Part shown: positions 19,908 to 30,556 of the stretch, piece after piece
Layout of the letters: each line of letters begins with the position of its first letter
Position numbering within the stretch: position 1 is the first letter of the stretch
DNA from: an uncultured bacterium
Lineage (GTDB): Bacteria; Babelota; Babeliae; Babelales; Vermiphilaceae
Assembly: GCA_963707655.1 (NCBI GenBank)
Contig: OY970172.1
Coordinates: 736,001 to 800,000 of the forward strand
Direction: 5' to 3'
Length of the DNA stretch: 64,000 nucleotides
Notes under the pieces: model-generated
Told to the model about the DNA's origin: nothing
Databases searched by the model: none
The model's input: only the letters and a program-made list of their open reading frames with translations
Position numbers and translations under genes: made by a program

Positions 19908-21269
19908 TTATTTGCTCGGCAGTATTAATTGACTGATATAACAGTAAATCAATGTTCCCAAAAGATCCATTAATGTTGCCAAAAATGGTCCCGCCGAAAA
20001 TGCCGGGTCTATATTAAGCCTTTTAAGCAGCAGTGGAATTAAGCTACCCAAATTTACGGCAAAAAAGACAATGGCATAGAGTGCAGAACTGATCACCACA
20101 CTATACAGCAAGCTGCCGGTCGTCAAATATGCGCGCACAAAGCCAACACTGGCGAGTGCAAACGCCAAAAGAAGCGACATGAAAAATTCTCTGCGTAAAA
20201 AACGAAAAATATTAGTTGAACGTAATTCACCGGCCATCAACCCTTGAATAACTACTGCTGAAGTTTGTGAGCTAGAATTCCCTCCAGCGCCTACAAGCAT
20301 GGTGGTAAAAAACATCAATGGAACGATCATGGTATTTTCAAACGAACGCATAATAATAGCTGCAAACGATTGGGTAATCAGCAAAGTGATTAAAATTGAG
20401 CTGCGCTCGACAAAAAGACGCAAAAATGAGGTATCAAAATAGGCATATTTCATGGGAGCCAAGGCAGACATTTTTTGCAAATCCTCGCTGGCCTCTTCAA
20501 CCAATACATGAATTAAAGTTCCGCTTGGAATCACCCCCAAAAAATGATTGCCATCGCCGACTACCGGGATAGTGATTAAATCATAGTGCACCATTTTGCC
20601 GGCAATTTGTTCACGGTCCTCATCGGCCCGCGCCACAAATTCAGTATCTTTCATAATGGTAGAAATGCGTGCATTGGGACGGTGCAACACTAAATCTTCA
20701 AGCTTAATATACCCTACCAAGCGATGGGCTCTGTCAGTTATGTAAATCTGCTGATGAATATCTTTACTCAGCTGCAGGCGCTGCATCAACTTAATACTTT
20801 TTTCTACGGTAAAGTCTTCCATCAAAGTAAAGACCTCTGTTTCCATGATACCGCCGGCAGACTCCGGATGAAATTTCATCAACGAAAGCACTCTTTGTCG
20901 CGCTTTTTTGTGGAGCAAATTTAAATTCTCTTTCAACTCATGATCAGAAAAGAGATCAAAAAGATCGGTGAGCTCATCTGCAGGGAGGCCGTTCAGTGCT
21001 TCAGCCTGTTCATGCTCCGTCATAAAAGAGAGGCTTTGTGCCTTCATAACGTCAGAAAAATCATTAAAGACATCCAGCTTGAGCGTCTTGGGAAGCCGCT
21101 CAAAGAGTTGCTGAAAAATTTCGGGTGAGCTGTCGGTAAAAAAATTTGCAATATCGGCCGGATGAAGATCAATAAATTCTTGCCAGAGAGGTTTACCCAG
21201 GGTTGGGTCTTCTTGCAAAACAGCCTGCATATTGTCTCTCATTTCTTGCAGAATATTTTTAGCATCCAT
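19908..21269 (-). CDS. mgtE: Magnesium transporter MgtE
   Basis: LHPADIA, SAGGIM CBS pair, GGNSSSQ, DPAFSAGPFLATLMD; GGAGG RBS before ATG 21269. Confidence 0.93.
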   Translation of the reverse strand: MDAKNILQEMRDNMQAVLQEDPTLGKPLWQEFIDLHPADIANFFTDSSPEIFQQLFERLPKTLKLDVFNDFSDVMKAQSLSFMTEHEQAEALNGLPADELTDLFDLFSDHELKENLNLLHKKARQRVLSLMKFHPESAGGIMETEVFTLMEDFTVEKSIKLMQRLQLSKDIHQQIYITDRAHRLVGYIKLEDLVLHRPNARISTIMKDTEFVARADEDREQIAGKMVHYDLITIPVVGDGNHFLGVIPSGTLIHVLVEEASEDLQKMSALAPMKYAYFDTSFLRLFVERSSILITLLITQSFAAIIMRSFENTMIVPLMFFTTMLVGAGGNSSSQTSAVVIQGLMAGELRSTNIFRFLRREFFMSLLLAFALASVGFVRAYLTTGSLLYSVVISSALYAIVFFAVNLGSLIPLLLKRLNIDPAFSAGPFLATLMDLLGTLIYCYISQLILPSK

Positions 21270-21455
21270 AAGTGCCCCCTCCAACGGTCCAGAATTTATT
21301 ATTCCACCGCCGTGAACATTGGTTTATCTGTTCTTTTATTTCTTTTAGTACCATACTAAAGCATTCACTTCTCAATGTCTATGCTAATTCACCATTTGAC
21401 TTTAAAATCCAATATTTTAAGCTAAATAAAGGGGTTTTATAAACAGAGGGACATT

Positions 21456-22439
21456 ATGACGCAACCATTATCAATACTATCAAATAGCATTTTTACCTTT
21501 CAGGTAAAAGCCGATCAGGCAGCATGGCGCCTTGACAAGTTCATGGTTACCCAATTTCCCGCATATTCGCGTACTTTTCTGCAAGAAGTCATTAGCAATA
21601 GCCTGATTACTATTAATGGTATATCAGTGAGCAAATCAAGCGCACAGCTTAAAGAGCATGACATTATTAAGGTGACGTTTCCTCCCGCTGCCACGCAAGC
21701 CACTCAAAACGCGGCCAAAAAAGATTATTCTTACAATATTTCTATTGTAGCCAAAGAGGAACACTTTCTGATCATCAATAAGCCTGCCGGCCTGATGGTG
21801 CACAAAGCAGAAGGCAGTGATAGTGAGCCTACTGTTGTTGACTGGATCATCAATAATTTTGAAGAAATCAAACACGTGGGCGCTATTGATCGTCCCGGCA
21901 TTGTACATCGCCTTGACAAAGAGACCTCCGGCCTTTTAGTTATTCCCCGCACCAACCACGCTCACACTCAGTTTGGCGCCATGTTTAAGGACCGCACCAT
22001 TCACAAAACATATCTTGCTCTTGTGCACGGAGCGCCGCCACAAGAGGGAACTATAAACCTTCCTGTTGGCCGCCATCCAACACTGCGCCACAAAATGACC
22101 ACTTTTGCCCCCCACGATCGAAAATCAGGAATTATTCGTGATGCAATAACGCACTACAAAGTTTTACGCTATTTTAAGGATGCGGCGCTGGTGGAAGCCA
22201 AGCCGGTAACCGGCCGCACCCATCAAATCAGAGTACATTTTGCTGCGTTGGGCCACAGCCTTTTGGGGGACAAAACCTACGGGAGAGCATCAAAACTGAT
22301 ACACAGACACGCGCTGCATGCCCATGCCATTGAATTTGAATTTGAAAACAAGAGCCATCTGTTCACCTGTCCACTACCACAAGATTTTGAATCAACGCTA
22401 GATAATTTAGAAGCTGTTGTGCTAAAATTGGTCCAATAA
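21456..22439 (+). CDS. rluD: RluA/RluD-family pseudouridine synthase with S4 domain
   Basis: RLDK S4 domain, INKPAG, GIVHRLDKETSG, TGRTHQIRVH. Confidence 0.88.
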   Translation: MTQPLSILSNSIFTFQVKADQAAWRLDKFMVTQFPAYSRTFLQEVISNSLITINGISVSKSSAQLKEHDIIKVTFPPAATQATQNAAKKDYSYNISIVAKEEHFLIINKPAGLMVHKAEGSDSEPTVVDWIINNFEEIKHVGAIDRPGIVHRLDKETSGLLVIPRTNHAHTQFGAMFKDRTIHKTYLALVHGAPPQEGTINLPVGRHPTLRHKMTTFAPHDRKSGIIRDAITHYKVLRYFKDAALVEAKPVTGRTHQIRVHFAALGHSLLGDKTYGRASKLIHRHALHAHAIEFEFENKSHLFTCPLPQDFESTLDNLEAVVLKLVQ

Positions 22440-22519
22440 AAGCGTAATTGCAACGAGATAGAGCTCTATCAAAAAGAAGCACGATGGCCTAGACTGAACC
22501 GTAGAAAAAAGGGGATTTC

Positions 22520-23071
22520 ATGAAGCAATCACGATGGCTCATTGGTATCATGTTCTACGCAGCACTATCACATGGTGCATATGTCTATAGTATGGAAGAA
22601 GCATCTGATAGGGACTCTACAAGTGGTCCGAGACGTTTTCATGACTACGTTGCATCACGCGTGAAAGATCTCGGGTCAGAAATCTCTTCCCCCATACCTA
22701 TCGACGCATTGAGCTATTGCGAAAAAAAATATCATACAAATAAACCCTTGCTAAAAACAGATTCATTTGGATTATCACTTAATGATTATCACAACTTGTA
22801 CAAAGTAGCGCATGGAAAAAAAGGTGGAAAAACATTACGACGAATCTTAAAAAGGGTGCCTTACAAATCTATTGCTATAAGGACTGATTCTGGGAGATTC
22901 ACCGCTCTTCTACGTGAAAAAGAAATTATTGTTAAGATTCTTATGGATGAACATCATGAATTCTTATCTCGCTATAAGCGTAACTGGCCCATTACCTTTC
23001 TGCAAGAAAAGCGATTCAAAGCGCTCCGCAAATATGAAAACTACCCTTTTTTTATTAATGATCCGATATAA
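22520..23071 (+). CDS. Secreted basic hypothetical protein
   Basis: AAGGGG RBS; signal-like N-terminus VYS|MEE. Confidence 0.7.
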   Translation: MKQSRWLIGIMFYAALSHGAYVYSMEEASDRDSTSGPRRFHDYVASRVKDLGSEISSPIPIDALSYCEKKYHTNKPLLKTDSFGLSLNDYHNLYKVAHGKKGGKTLRRILKRVPYKSIAIRTDSGRFTALLREKEIIVKILMDEHHEFLSRYKRNWPITFLQEKRFKALRKYENYPFFINDPI

Positions 23072-23166
23072 AAAATGAAATCGGCTGGGAACGTATTCAT
23101 GTTTGAGCGCCTGTTGGGCAACTCGTACAGATAGTGCGACGAATGATGCCCCCGAACAAACAATAT

Positions 23167-23712
23167 TCAATCAATTTTGTGTCTTGCCCGTTGCTCTGCC
23201 AAGAGTTCCACCTTATCCTCATCTTCCCAAGATAGCGCTACCATCTTCATGCCTCTTGAGGCCACCAAGACACCCAAAACAGATAAGCAAACGTACGGAC
23301 CGCATGCATAAAGATCAGTGGTAGGGATTTCTGGGCGCGTAAATAAGGCACCCCCTACTGTAGCAAACCCTGCACAACACCACAGCGCTCCACACTCGCA
23401 CCCATAAGAAGCTTTATCTCGACCTTCACACATCAAGTCTCTACTTCGATTATGAAAATCCTCGTCCTGCATGTACTCGTGAATATTTTTCCGTAGTTCT
23501 CGCAGAGAGCCAAGACTTTTAAAATCAGTTGGCAATCGGTGAGCAACGGGTCCTTGCTCAGCAAACACCACTTCTTCTTGAGGTGATTTATTTTTGTGAC
23601 GCCGCACCGTGGGGCTTTCAGAATTTTCTGATGTTCCTGCAATCGATACCACGCAGAGTAAGAAAATAATGGAGAGAGAGTTCATATACAATTTCCTTGG
23701 GCTATTTTGCAT
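23167..23712 (-). CDS. Hypothetical protein with a signal peptide and a Cys-rich hydrophobic hairpin
   Basis: Two hydrophobic segments near the C-terminus separated by a short loop. Confidence 0.65.
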   Translation of the reverse strand: MQNSPRKLYMNSLSIIFLLCVVSIAGTSENSESPTVRRHKNKSPQEEVVFAEQGPVAHRLPTDFKSLGSLRELRKNIHEYMQDEDFHNRSRDLMCEGRDKASYGCECGALWCCAGFATVGGALFTRPEIPTTDLYACGPYVCLSVLGVLVASRGMKMVALSWEDEDKVELLAEQRARHKID

Positions 23713-23943
23713 GTATTCATATTCTTGCTGCCATTGTCTTATTTGTTCGAGTGCAGTATATCCTCACTTTGAAATCATGCAAATGAAAAGCTTCTCTCTT
23801 TCGTGCAGATGCGTGCACTCATGCGCCCGCCGGTCAAATTAAATCAAAAACAGATCATGAAAATAAATTCAGAATGCACTATTCAAAACCAAAGCAAAAA
23901 AAATTTTCTTGCATTTTTCTGAAAGATCAATAGCATTGTGCTC

Positions 23944-24012
23944 GAGCTAAGAAGGAATTGTAGTAATGAAGCGGTCCCCAAAACGGACCTTTACACTCCT
24001 TAGCTCTTTTTT
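23944..24012 (+). ncRNA. Candidate small structured RNA
   Basis: TTGCAT-16-TAGCAT upstream; nested stems GAGCTAA/TTAGCTC and GGTCC/GGACC; ends in a T-tract. Confidence 0.35.
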
Positions 24013-24028
24013 ATGCAAATGCTATCTT

Positions 24029-24808
24029 CTAGCAAACATCCGCAGCTTTTAACCTGTTCTTCTTACGCTTATTTTTTTGATATGTATATTTCTTCGTCTG
24101 CATGTTTGATTCTTTATTGTTCTTGATGATCGCTTCTTTGATCTGATCAAATTTTTTATCATATTGCTCAACAAGGGCCGGCTCTTGAATAATTACTACG
24201 TTCTCATGGTTGCGCTCGTTTGCCGATTTGGTCAAATTAAATGAACCGGTCCAGAGTAATGCTTTATCATGCACGTTCTTTTCAAAAACAAGAAATTTAT
24301 GATGCATGATCTCAGAAAACATACCACTTTCATTTTTTGGCTCGTACAGGTACACCATCAAGCCGGCATCTTTTAACATGTTGATTTTACTAAATTTTTC
24401 TCTGCTCGAAGCCCCATTTGCAATAATCTCTAAGCGTACCCCGCGCGCTTTTGCATCAATCAATGCCTGAGCAATAGATTTATCAGTTAACATAAAGATC
24501 GTTGCCTTGATACCGCTTTTTTCTTGCGCAATAAGATCAATCAATATCTTCTTTATATCATCATCCGGACTGAAAAAAGCCTGCTTAATGCCTGCGACTG
24601 ATGACGTGAACGGTAGATTACTTGAGCCCCGCTCTGCTGCTTGCGCGTCTTGCAATACATGCTGCTCTTTGGGCAAGCCAACAATGAAGTGTGTCTTGCC
24701 AAAAGTATGTACCGCATCACTGGCTGTAGTGATGCAAAGATTGCACAACAGGCTACTTAAAATTAGAGAAAAATATATACTCATCTGCTTCATGCCACTT
24801 CCTTTCAA
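24029..24808 (-). CDS. Phospholipase D-family (Nuc/Zucchini-like) single-HKD protein with a signal peptide
   Basis: FFSP, IAQALIDAKARGV, MHHKFLVFE, WTGSFNLT...NHENVV. Confidence 0.85.
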   Translation of the reverse strand: MKGSGMKQMSIYFSLILSSLLCNLCITTASDAVHTFGKTHFIVGLPKEQHVLQDAQAAERGSSNLPFTSSVAGIKQAFFSPDDDIKKILIDLIAQEKSGIKATIFMLTDKSIAQALIDAKARGVRLEIIANGASSREKFSKINMLKDAGLMVYLYEPKNESGMFSEIMHHKFLVFEKNVHDKALLWTGSFNLTKSANERNHENVVIIQEPALVEQYDKKFDQIKEAIIKNNKESNMQTKKYTYQKNKRKKNRLKAADVC

Positions 24809-24869
24809 CTTCTATTCATATGAGAGCAGCTTTTTTCTCTGCTGTTATTGAAAAGATAAAACTATCTCT

Positions 24870-27419
24870 TCAAAATTTCCAACGAAATTCAACTTCTGCG
24901 CCAATATCGCGATGCTCATCACGAAATCCACGCACGGTGATCTCATCAGAAACAGCATACTCAGCTTCAAAACGAATATCTTCTGACAGACTAAAATTTT
25001 TCTGTATAAGAGCGTGCCAACGCTCGCCAATATCAATTTCTATGGCGCCGCGCAACCCTGCTCTGCCCGTCTGATCGCTAAAGCTGGGAATAAAGTGTAC
25101 GTGTTTAAAGGGAGAAAAAAGTTGATCAATAGCCGCATGCAGTTTTGAATCGCTATGCTCACTATCAAAAATGATATGCTTTACCGCATGCATAAGCGCA
25201 CTTGATAAAGCGCCGCCCAAAGAATCTTCTGAGCCACCAAGCAAGAGTGAAACAATTTGTTCGTGCGTAAGGGGTGGTGATGATTCAAGCAGTATTGTTG
25301 GCTGCTGCAGCAAGCCGCTGAGTGACATGGTAATGTTATATTTTTTAATTTTGTTCTTTGCTACAAACTCAATATAAGGATTACTGCCGCTGTCCGGCAA
25401 AAAATTCACCACCCCTTTGGTGATAAAAAGCGGTCGATATGGCAATGCTATGCTACCGGAAAGAATAGACATGCTGCCGCTCATTACCGGCTCTTTGACG
25501 GAGCCGGTGATAATGAGTCGAGTCTTTATATTAGTATCCAGCAGTGGCGTTCTCACCCGAATGGCTTCTTTGGTTTCAATGACTAAATCAATATCTGCAT
25601 CAAAGAGCGGTAATGATGTTTTTGTTTGAGAAAAAAGTTGTTTTTGAAATGCAGGTGAAAAAATATTTTCTTTAAATTGTGAACGATCAAAAAAGATATG
25701 CCCTTTCAAAGACGGACTCGCACCTTCACGCTTTTCACATACCACTGAGCCAGAGAGTATAGTAAATAAATCTTTTTTAAAATGAAGCAATACTGAATCA
25801 AAGACCAAAGGAGCATAGACAAACGTAGGCGCAAAGTTATCCTCGGCAAAGTGACACTGTAAATTTTTGCAAACAATCTCACCCCGATGTAATGTGGCGC
25901 GTAGATCAGTGCCGGTTATTTTTCTTTTGGCGCAATCAATAATAAATGATCCGCGCAGATCACTCATGCAATTGTACGTTTGCGGCAAACGAATTACCGC
26001 CGATTCTAAAGATATAGTGCTGGTAATTTTATTATCAGCATACTGTCCTTGCACACGCATGGTGCCATCGCCTTGTATATCAAGCTGGACACACTGTTTA
26101 ATCAGCCCTCGGATAAAAACAATCGGCATTTTTAAAGTGAATGTGGAGTTTTCTCCCGCTATGTGCGCCAGGGTGGTTTTTTTATTTTCACCATCGGTGA
26201 ATTCAACAGATGCGTCGAGCGTCATGCTGTTCCAATCAGAAACGGTGCATTGCAAAGAGCAGCTGTTTTCAGGAACAGTAAGCTCTACAAAAGGAGCTGT
26301 CAGCGGCGTGACATTATTAAGCGCAAGACAAATTGTGCGATCAGTGCTGTTAACCGCATAAGCTCCCGCAACATTCCCTTGGTCGGAACGTATGACCACA
26401 GAGCCGCTGAGCTCTTGCATGTTTCCCGCAAAAGTTATTTTCGCATCAGTGGTGCAAGGCAAAGCGGCATGGCAAATGTTATTGCACGCAAGAGAACCTT
26501 CTACCTTAAAACCATTATTAAGTTGCCCTTTTGCTTCCAGCTGACACAAGCCTGAAGCTTGATCTGCTCCCAAGAGCGGGCCGCACACAGATGATAATGA
26601 TGCAGTGCCAGCTACTTGGAACAGCCACGTATCATTGCTTTTAGTGAGCGTAATGTTATCAAGCGAGAGTGATTTATCAGCAATCGCCGCGGTACATGCT
26701 AATGCGTTATCTGCATAAGAAGCTGCAAGAGAACATTGTTGAGCGCTGAGTAAGGGCGATACATACACAAGCTCCGCTTGAGCCTTTAGCGGCTCATTTT
26801 CAGTACAATTGCAACTAAAACGACCGGCGCATTCTGTTAGCAAATGAGAGCCGTTGTTCGATGCTGCCGCATGATGCAATTGCATTCTTGCATCCAAGTT
26901 TTTTCCTCGCCGCTCAATAACGCAGCCCCACGAGCAGGAAAATTCTCTTTTGTTTGCATGGTCATGCATCGCAAATGAACCGTCTTGCACTTTTACGCAA
27001 TTGAGCGCTATAGCAACCGGCAACGGTGCATCTTCTATCATTTTTTGTATGTGTTCTTCGATGGCAAATGTACCATCTGAAAAGCCAGAATGAGCTAATA
27101 AGTTCTCCACTTCAATATCAAGCGCAATCGTTTTATGTGCGAGCAATTGCCACCAAGAAATATGCAGTATGAATTTTTTGCAATGCCACTGCCAATCACT
27201 GTTTTTATCATGCGGCATCATGCGCATGTTTTCAATAGAAATCGTGGGAGATATCAAGCTAAATGTGTGCAATCTTCCTGAAACCGAGCAGCCCAGCGCC
27301 TGCGCAAAAGAATTATTAATTTTGTTCTCGAGCCACGTGTGCAACCATGGCTCATTAAGAAAAAGAGTAAAAGCAGTCAGCGCGCCAATAGCTAAAGAGA
27401 GAATAATTTTTTTAATCAT
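24870..27419 (-). CDS. tamB: Translocation/assembly module TamB-like protein
   Basis: N-terminal anchor, beta-rich body, C-terminal TamB-type motifs (ITGSVKEP, LESSPPLTHEQIVSLLLGG, EVEFRWKF). Confidence 0.75.
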   Translation of the reverse strand: MIKKIILSLAIGALTAFTLFLNEPWLHTWLENKINNSFAQALGCSVSGRLHTFSLISPTISIENMRMMPHDKNSDWQWHCKKFILHISWWQLLAHKTIALDIEVENLLAHSGFSDGTFAIEEHIQKMIEDAPLPVAIALNCVKVQDGSFAMHDHANKREFSCSWGCVIERRGKNLDARMQLHHAAASNNGSHLLTECAGRFSCNCTENEPLKAQAELVYVSPLLSAQQCSLAASYADNALACTAAIADKSLSLDNITLTKSNDTWLFQVAGTASLSSVCGPLLGADQASGLCQLEAKGQLNNGFKVEGSLACNNICHAALPCTTDAKITFAGNMQELSGSVVIRSDQGNVAGAYAVNSTDRTICLALNNVTPLTAPFVELTVPENSCSLQCTVSDWNSMTLDASVEFTDGENKKTTLAHIAGENSTFTLKMPIVFIRGLIKQCVQLDIQGDGTMRVQGQYADNKITSTISLESAVIRLPQTYNCMSDLRGSFIIDCAKRKITGTDLRATLHRGEIVCKNLQCHFAEDNFAPTFVYAPLVFDSVLLHFKKDLFTILSGSVVCEKREGASPSLKGHIFFDRSQFKENIFSPAFQKQLFSQTKTSLPLFDADIDLVIETKEAIRVRTPLLDTNIKTRLIITGSVKEPVMSGSMSILSGSIALPYRPLFITKGVVNFLPDSGSNPYIEFVAKNKIKKYNITMSLSGLLQQPTILLESSPPLTHEQIVSLLLGGSEDSLGGALSSALMHAVKHIIFDSEHSDSKLHAAIDQLFSPFKHVHFIPSFSDQTGRAGLRGAIEIDIGERWHALIQKNFSLSEDIRFEAEYAVSDEITVRGFRDEHRDIGAEVEFRWKF

Positions 27420-27438
27420 AAAAATAATCGGGTACCAA

Positions 27439-27933
27439 TCAGATTACGTGCCAGGAACCATCATAACGATATTTGCGTAAAAAAGAAATGTGCCCCACCC
27501 CGCTGGTAAGGGCATAGAGCGATTTTTTATTAACATCAACCAAGTAGACGGTGCCCGCCTGTATAGTGCCGTCGGCATAAAAAATAATGTGATCATTTTC
27601 AAAAGATAGCTGCTTGCCGATCGGCGCATGGGGTGATGATGGGGGTCCCTGAACTCCCGGTATAAAACCGTAACAAACTCTGCTGTTGAGCTGTTGTGTC
27701 CCGTCATCATAAGCGTATGATTTTCTACCGACATCAAAGCGCAAAACCTGCTTAGTTTGACTGCTCAATGCCTTCTGCTGTAAATACATGCACACGGTAT
27801 ACAGTTTTTCTATATCGGCCCGCACCATGAGCCCGTAAAATGAGCGGAGATTGCACAGCCCCAGGCCCGCTATCAAGGTAATGAGCGCAAGTACCACCAA
27901 TGCCTCGATAAGAGAAAAACCCTTATTTTTCAT
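27439..27933 (-). CDS. Type II secretion / type IV pilus (pseudo)pilin, GspH/FimT-like
   Basis: Prepilin cleavage motif KG|FSLIEALVVLALI. Confidence 0.85.
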   Translation of the reverse strand: MKNKGFSLIEALVVLALITLIAGLGLCNLRSFYGLMVRADIEKLYTVCMYLQQKALSSQTKQVLRFDVGRKSYAYDDGTQQLNSRVCYGFIPGVQGPPSSPHAPIGKQLSFENDHIIFYADGTIQAGTVYLVDVNKKSLYALTSGVGHISFLRKYRYDGSWHVI

Positions 27934-28042
27934 ATCTTCTTCTTTTTAATTTTTAAGATACAAAAGAGGCGGCTGGTTTGTATAGAATCGGTTTTTGAGT
28001 GCGATAGAGGAGAACAGATATAGCTATTACGTTATTAATCTC

Positions 28043-28447
28043 TCAGAGCCTGTTGTTATTATTGCCGTAGGGATTGCGGAACTTGAGGAACATTACCTGC
28101 GCTTCCGGCCTTACGCCGAGCACTATATCACCCTGCCTCACCATTTGATTGTGGCGCTCAATAATGTGACGCTGCCAGTCAATAACTTCTTCTCTGTGAA
28201 TAATAGTTTTTTGCTGCAAGGCAATAGTTTGTTTCAAATTGGCGATTCTTTGGTGAACCGTTCTAATCCATATTGCGCCCAAGACTCCGCCCAAGGCCAC
28301 CAAATATATCCCTGTAGCCAATGGAACATATTTTTTGAACCATTCAGATTTGCTCGCTGTTTGTTCACCGCCATGCAATCCAGTCAGCGGTGTGAATAAA
28401 ATCGCAAGCGCCAGCGTTATTTTTATACTATTAGCTCTTATTTCCAT
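28043..28447 (-). CDS. Hypothetical secreted membrane-anchored coiled-coil protein
   Basis: GAGG RBS, signal peptide, one TM helix, coiled coil. Confidence 0.65.
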   Translation of the reverse strand: MEIRANSIKITLALAILFTPLTGLHGGEQTASKSEWFKKYVPLATGIYLVALGGVLGAIWIRTVHQRIANLKQTIALQQKTIIHREEVIDWQRHIIERHNQMVRQGDIVLGVRPEAQVMFLKFRNPYGNNNNRL

Positions 28448-28661
28448 AGTAACCTCGTTTCTTTATCTTATGGCAGCAGAACGTGCATAATTGCCATAAT
28501 AATTTTCTGATATTTCTATTATGCATCATAATAGAAATATTTCAAACAGAAAAATCGCATAAAAAGGACAGTTTAGCGCTTAAAAAATCTGAACATTTGG
28601 CACTGCCTCCCGGCTACCTGCGTGAATGGATGTCTATTGGCGCATATCTTAAAACAGCCGC

Positions 28662-30373
28662 TTACTCTGCCAAATCTTGCTCAATAGTGGCAACAGCAAG
28701 AACTTCATCTATCGTGGTTAATCCCTGCTTGATTTTACGCAAACCGTCCTGCACCAAGAGAATCATGCCATCGGCAACTGCCTGGCGACGCAAACGAGCA
28801 GTATCGGCGCGCTCGATAGTCAGTTTGGCGATCTCACTGGTCATGCTCATTAATTCAAATATTGCAATGCGCCCCTTGTATCCCGTGTTTAAGCAGACTT
28901 CGCAGCCAACAGGAGCATAGAAAGTGATATCTTTTGCTTCTTGCGCAGTTAGCCCTATGCTCTCCAAAATTTCTTTAGAAGGTTGATATGGTTTTTTGCA
29001 GGCTTCACACAATTTGCGCACCAAGCGCTGTGCCATTGCCAAGTGTATTGAAGAAGCAATCAAAATGGCTCAACTCCCATATCAATAAGACGCGTAATGG
29101 TTGCCGGCGCACTATTGGTATGCAACGTACTGAGCACCAAGTGTCCGGTAAGCGCTGATTGAATAGCAATCTGAGCAGTTTCTGCATCACGCGTTTCACC
29201 GATCATGATAATATCAGGATCTTGACGCAAAATAGAACGCAATGCTGCAGCAAAGGTGAGCCCTATTTTTTCTTTAACCTGCACTTGACCAATACCGGGC
29301 ATCTGATACTCAACCGGATCTTCAACAGTAATAATATTTACTTCAGGAGTATTCAATTCACTCAAAATAGAATAGAGGGTAGTCGTTTTACCCGATCCGG
29401 TTGGACCGGTGATATAAATAATACCGTTGGGTTTTTGAATATTTTCTTCAAGTACTTTATAATCGCGCTGCGCTAAAATCCAGATCTTTAAGTTTTGCAA
29501 AGCTGCGTGTTTTATCAAGAAGACGCATAACCACCCGCTCACCAAACACTACCGGTAAAATAGAAACACGAATATCAATCGCCTTTCCGGCAACTTTAAG
29601 ATCGATTCTGCCCATCTTGCGGAATACGCTTTTCTGCAATATTTAAGATTGGCCATAATTTTAATACGAGAAATTAATGCACCTTGAATCCGTTTTGGTG
29701 GCGTCATGACAGGATACAAAACCCCATCAATACGATAGCGGACACTCAATTCTTTTTCAAAAGGCTCAATATGAATATCAGAAGCCCCTCGTTTTGCCGC
29801 CTGAAACAGAATATGGTTCACCAATTTAATGATGGGCGCTTCAGTTGCCATGGCCATAATATCTTTTTCTTCTATCTGGCTGAATTCAACATCTTTGAGC
29901 TCTTTGTCTTCCTCTTCTTCAAGCTCGGCAATAACCTGGCCGGCCCCCTGAATAGGATAATAGCGATTAATTGCTTCGGTAATTACCGGCTCGCTGGCAA
30001 CCATGTAGCGTGCCGAGCCGCCAAGCAAAACATTTAATTCATCAAGCGGTTGAAACTTAATAGGGTTGGCCGTGGCAATCACGAGCTTGCCGTCAATCAT
30101 GAGAGGCATTACTACGTTATCGCGCAAAAATTTAAGCGGCACTTTGGCAAGAAGAGTGAGATCTGCCATTCCATCAGTAATTTTATCTAAGTAGCCAAGA
30201 GATGCAAAATGCGCATATGCCTGGGCCAACTGAGCAGAAGTAAGCGCTTTTTTTTCAACCAAATACGCTTCAACACTCGCCGCGCCCGATGCAACGGCCT
30301 GCTCGGCTTCTTGTAATTGAGCAGGAGTAATTATGTTTTCATCAATAAGGAGTTGGCCGATAGTCTTTTTCAT
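28662..30373 (-). CDS. gspE: T2SS/T4P assembly ATPase (GspE/PilB), split by about four apparent indels
   Basis: MshEN-like N-terminus (IGQLLI), ASDIHIEP, Walker [39 protein letters not shown], Zn-binding CxxC pairs, GYKGR. Confidence 0.9.
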
Positions 30374-30556
30374 AATAACTCCGCTTAGTACATACCTAAT
30401 TCATATTATATAGTCTCTATCTTAGCAAAAAATTAATATTCTGAGATAGAGCTCCATTGGCATGATGCTAAAAATCTAGTATGTTTTAATATATATTATG
30501 TCATCGTAACTTAAATTAAGTATAGGTATATATAAATACCCAAGCAAGGAATATCC

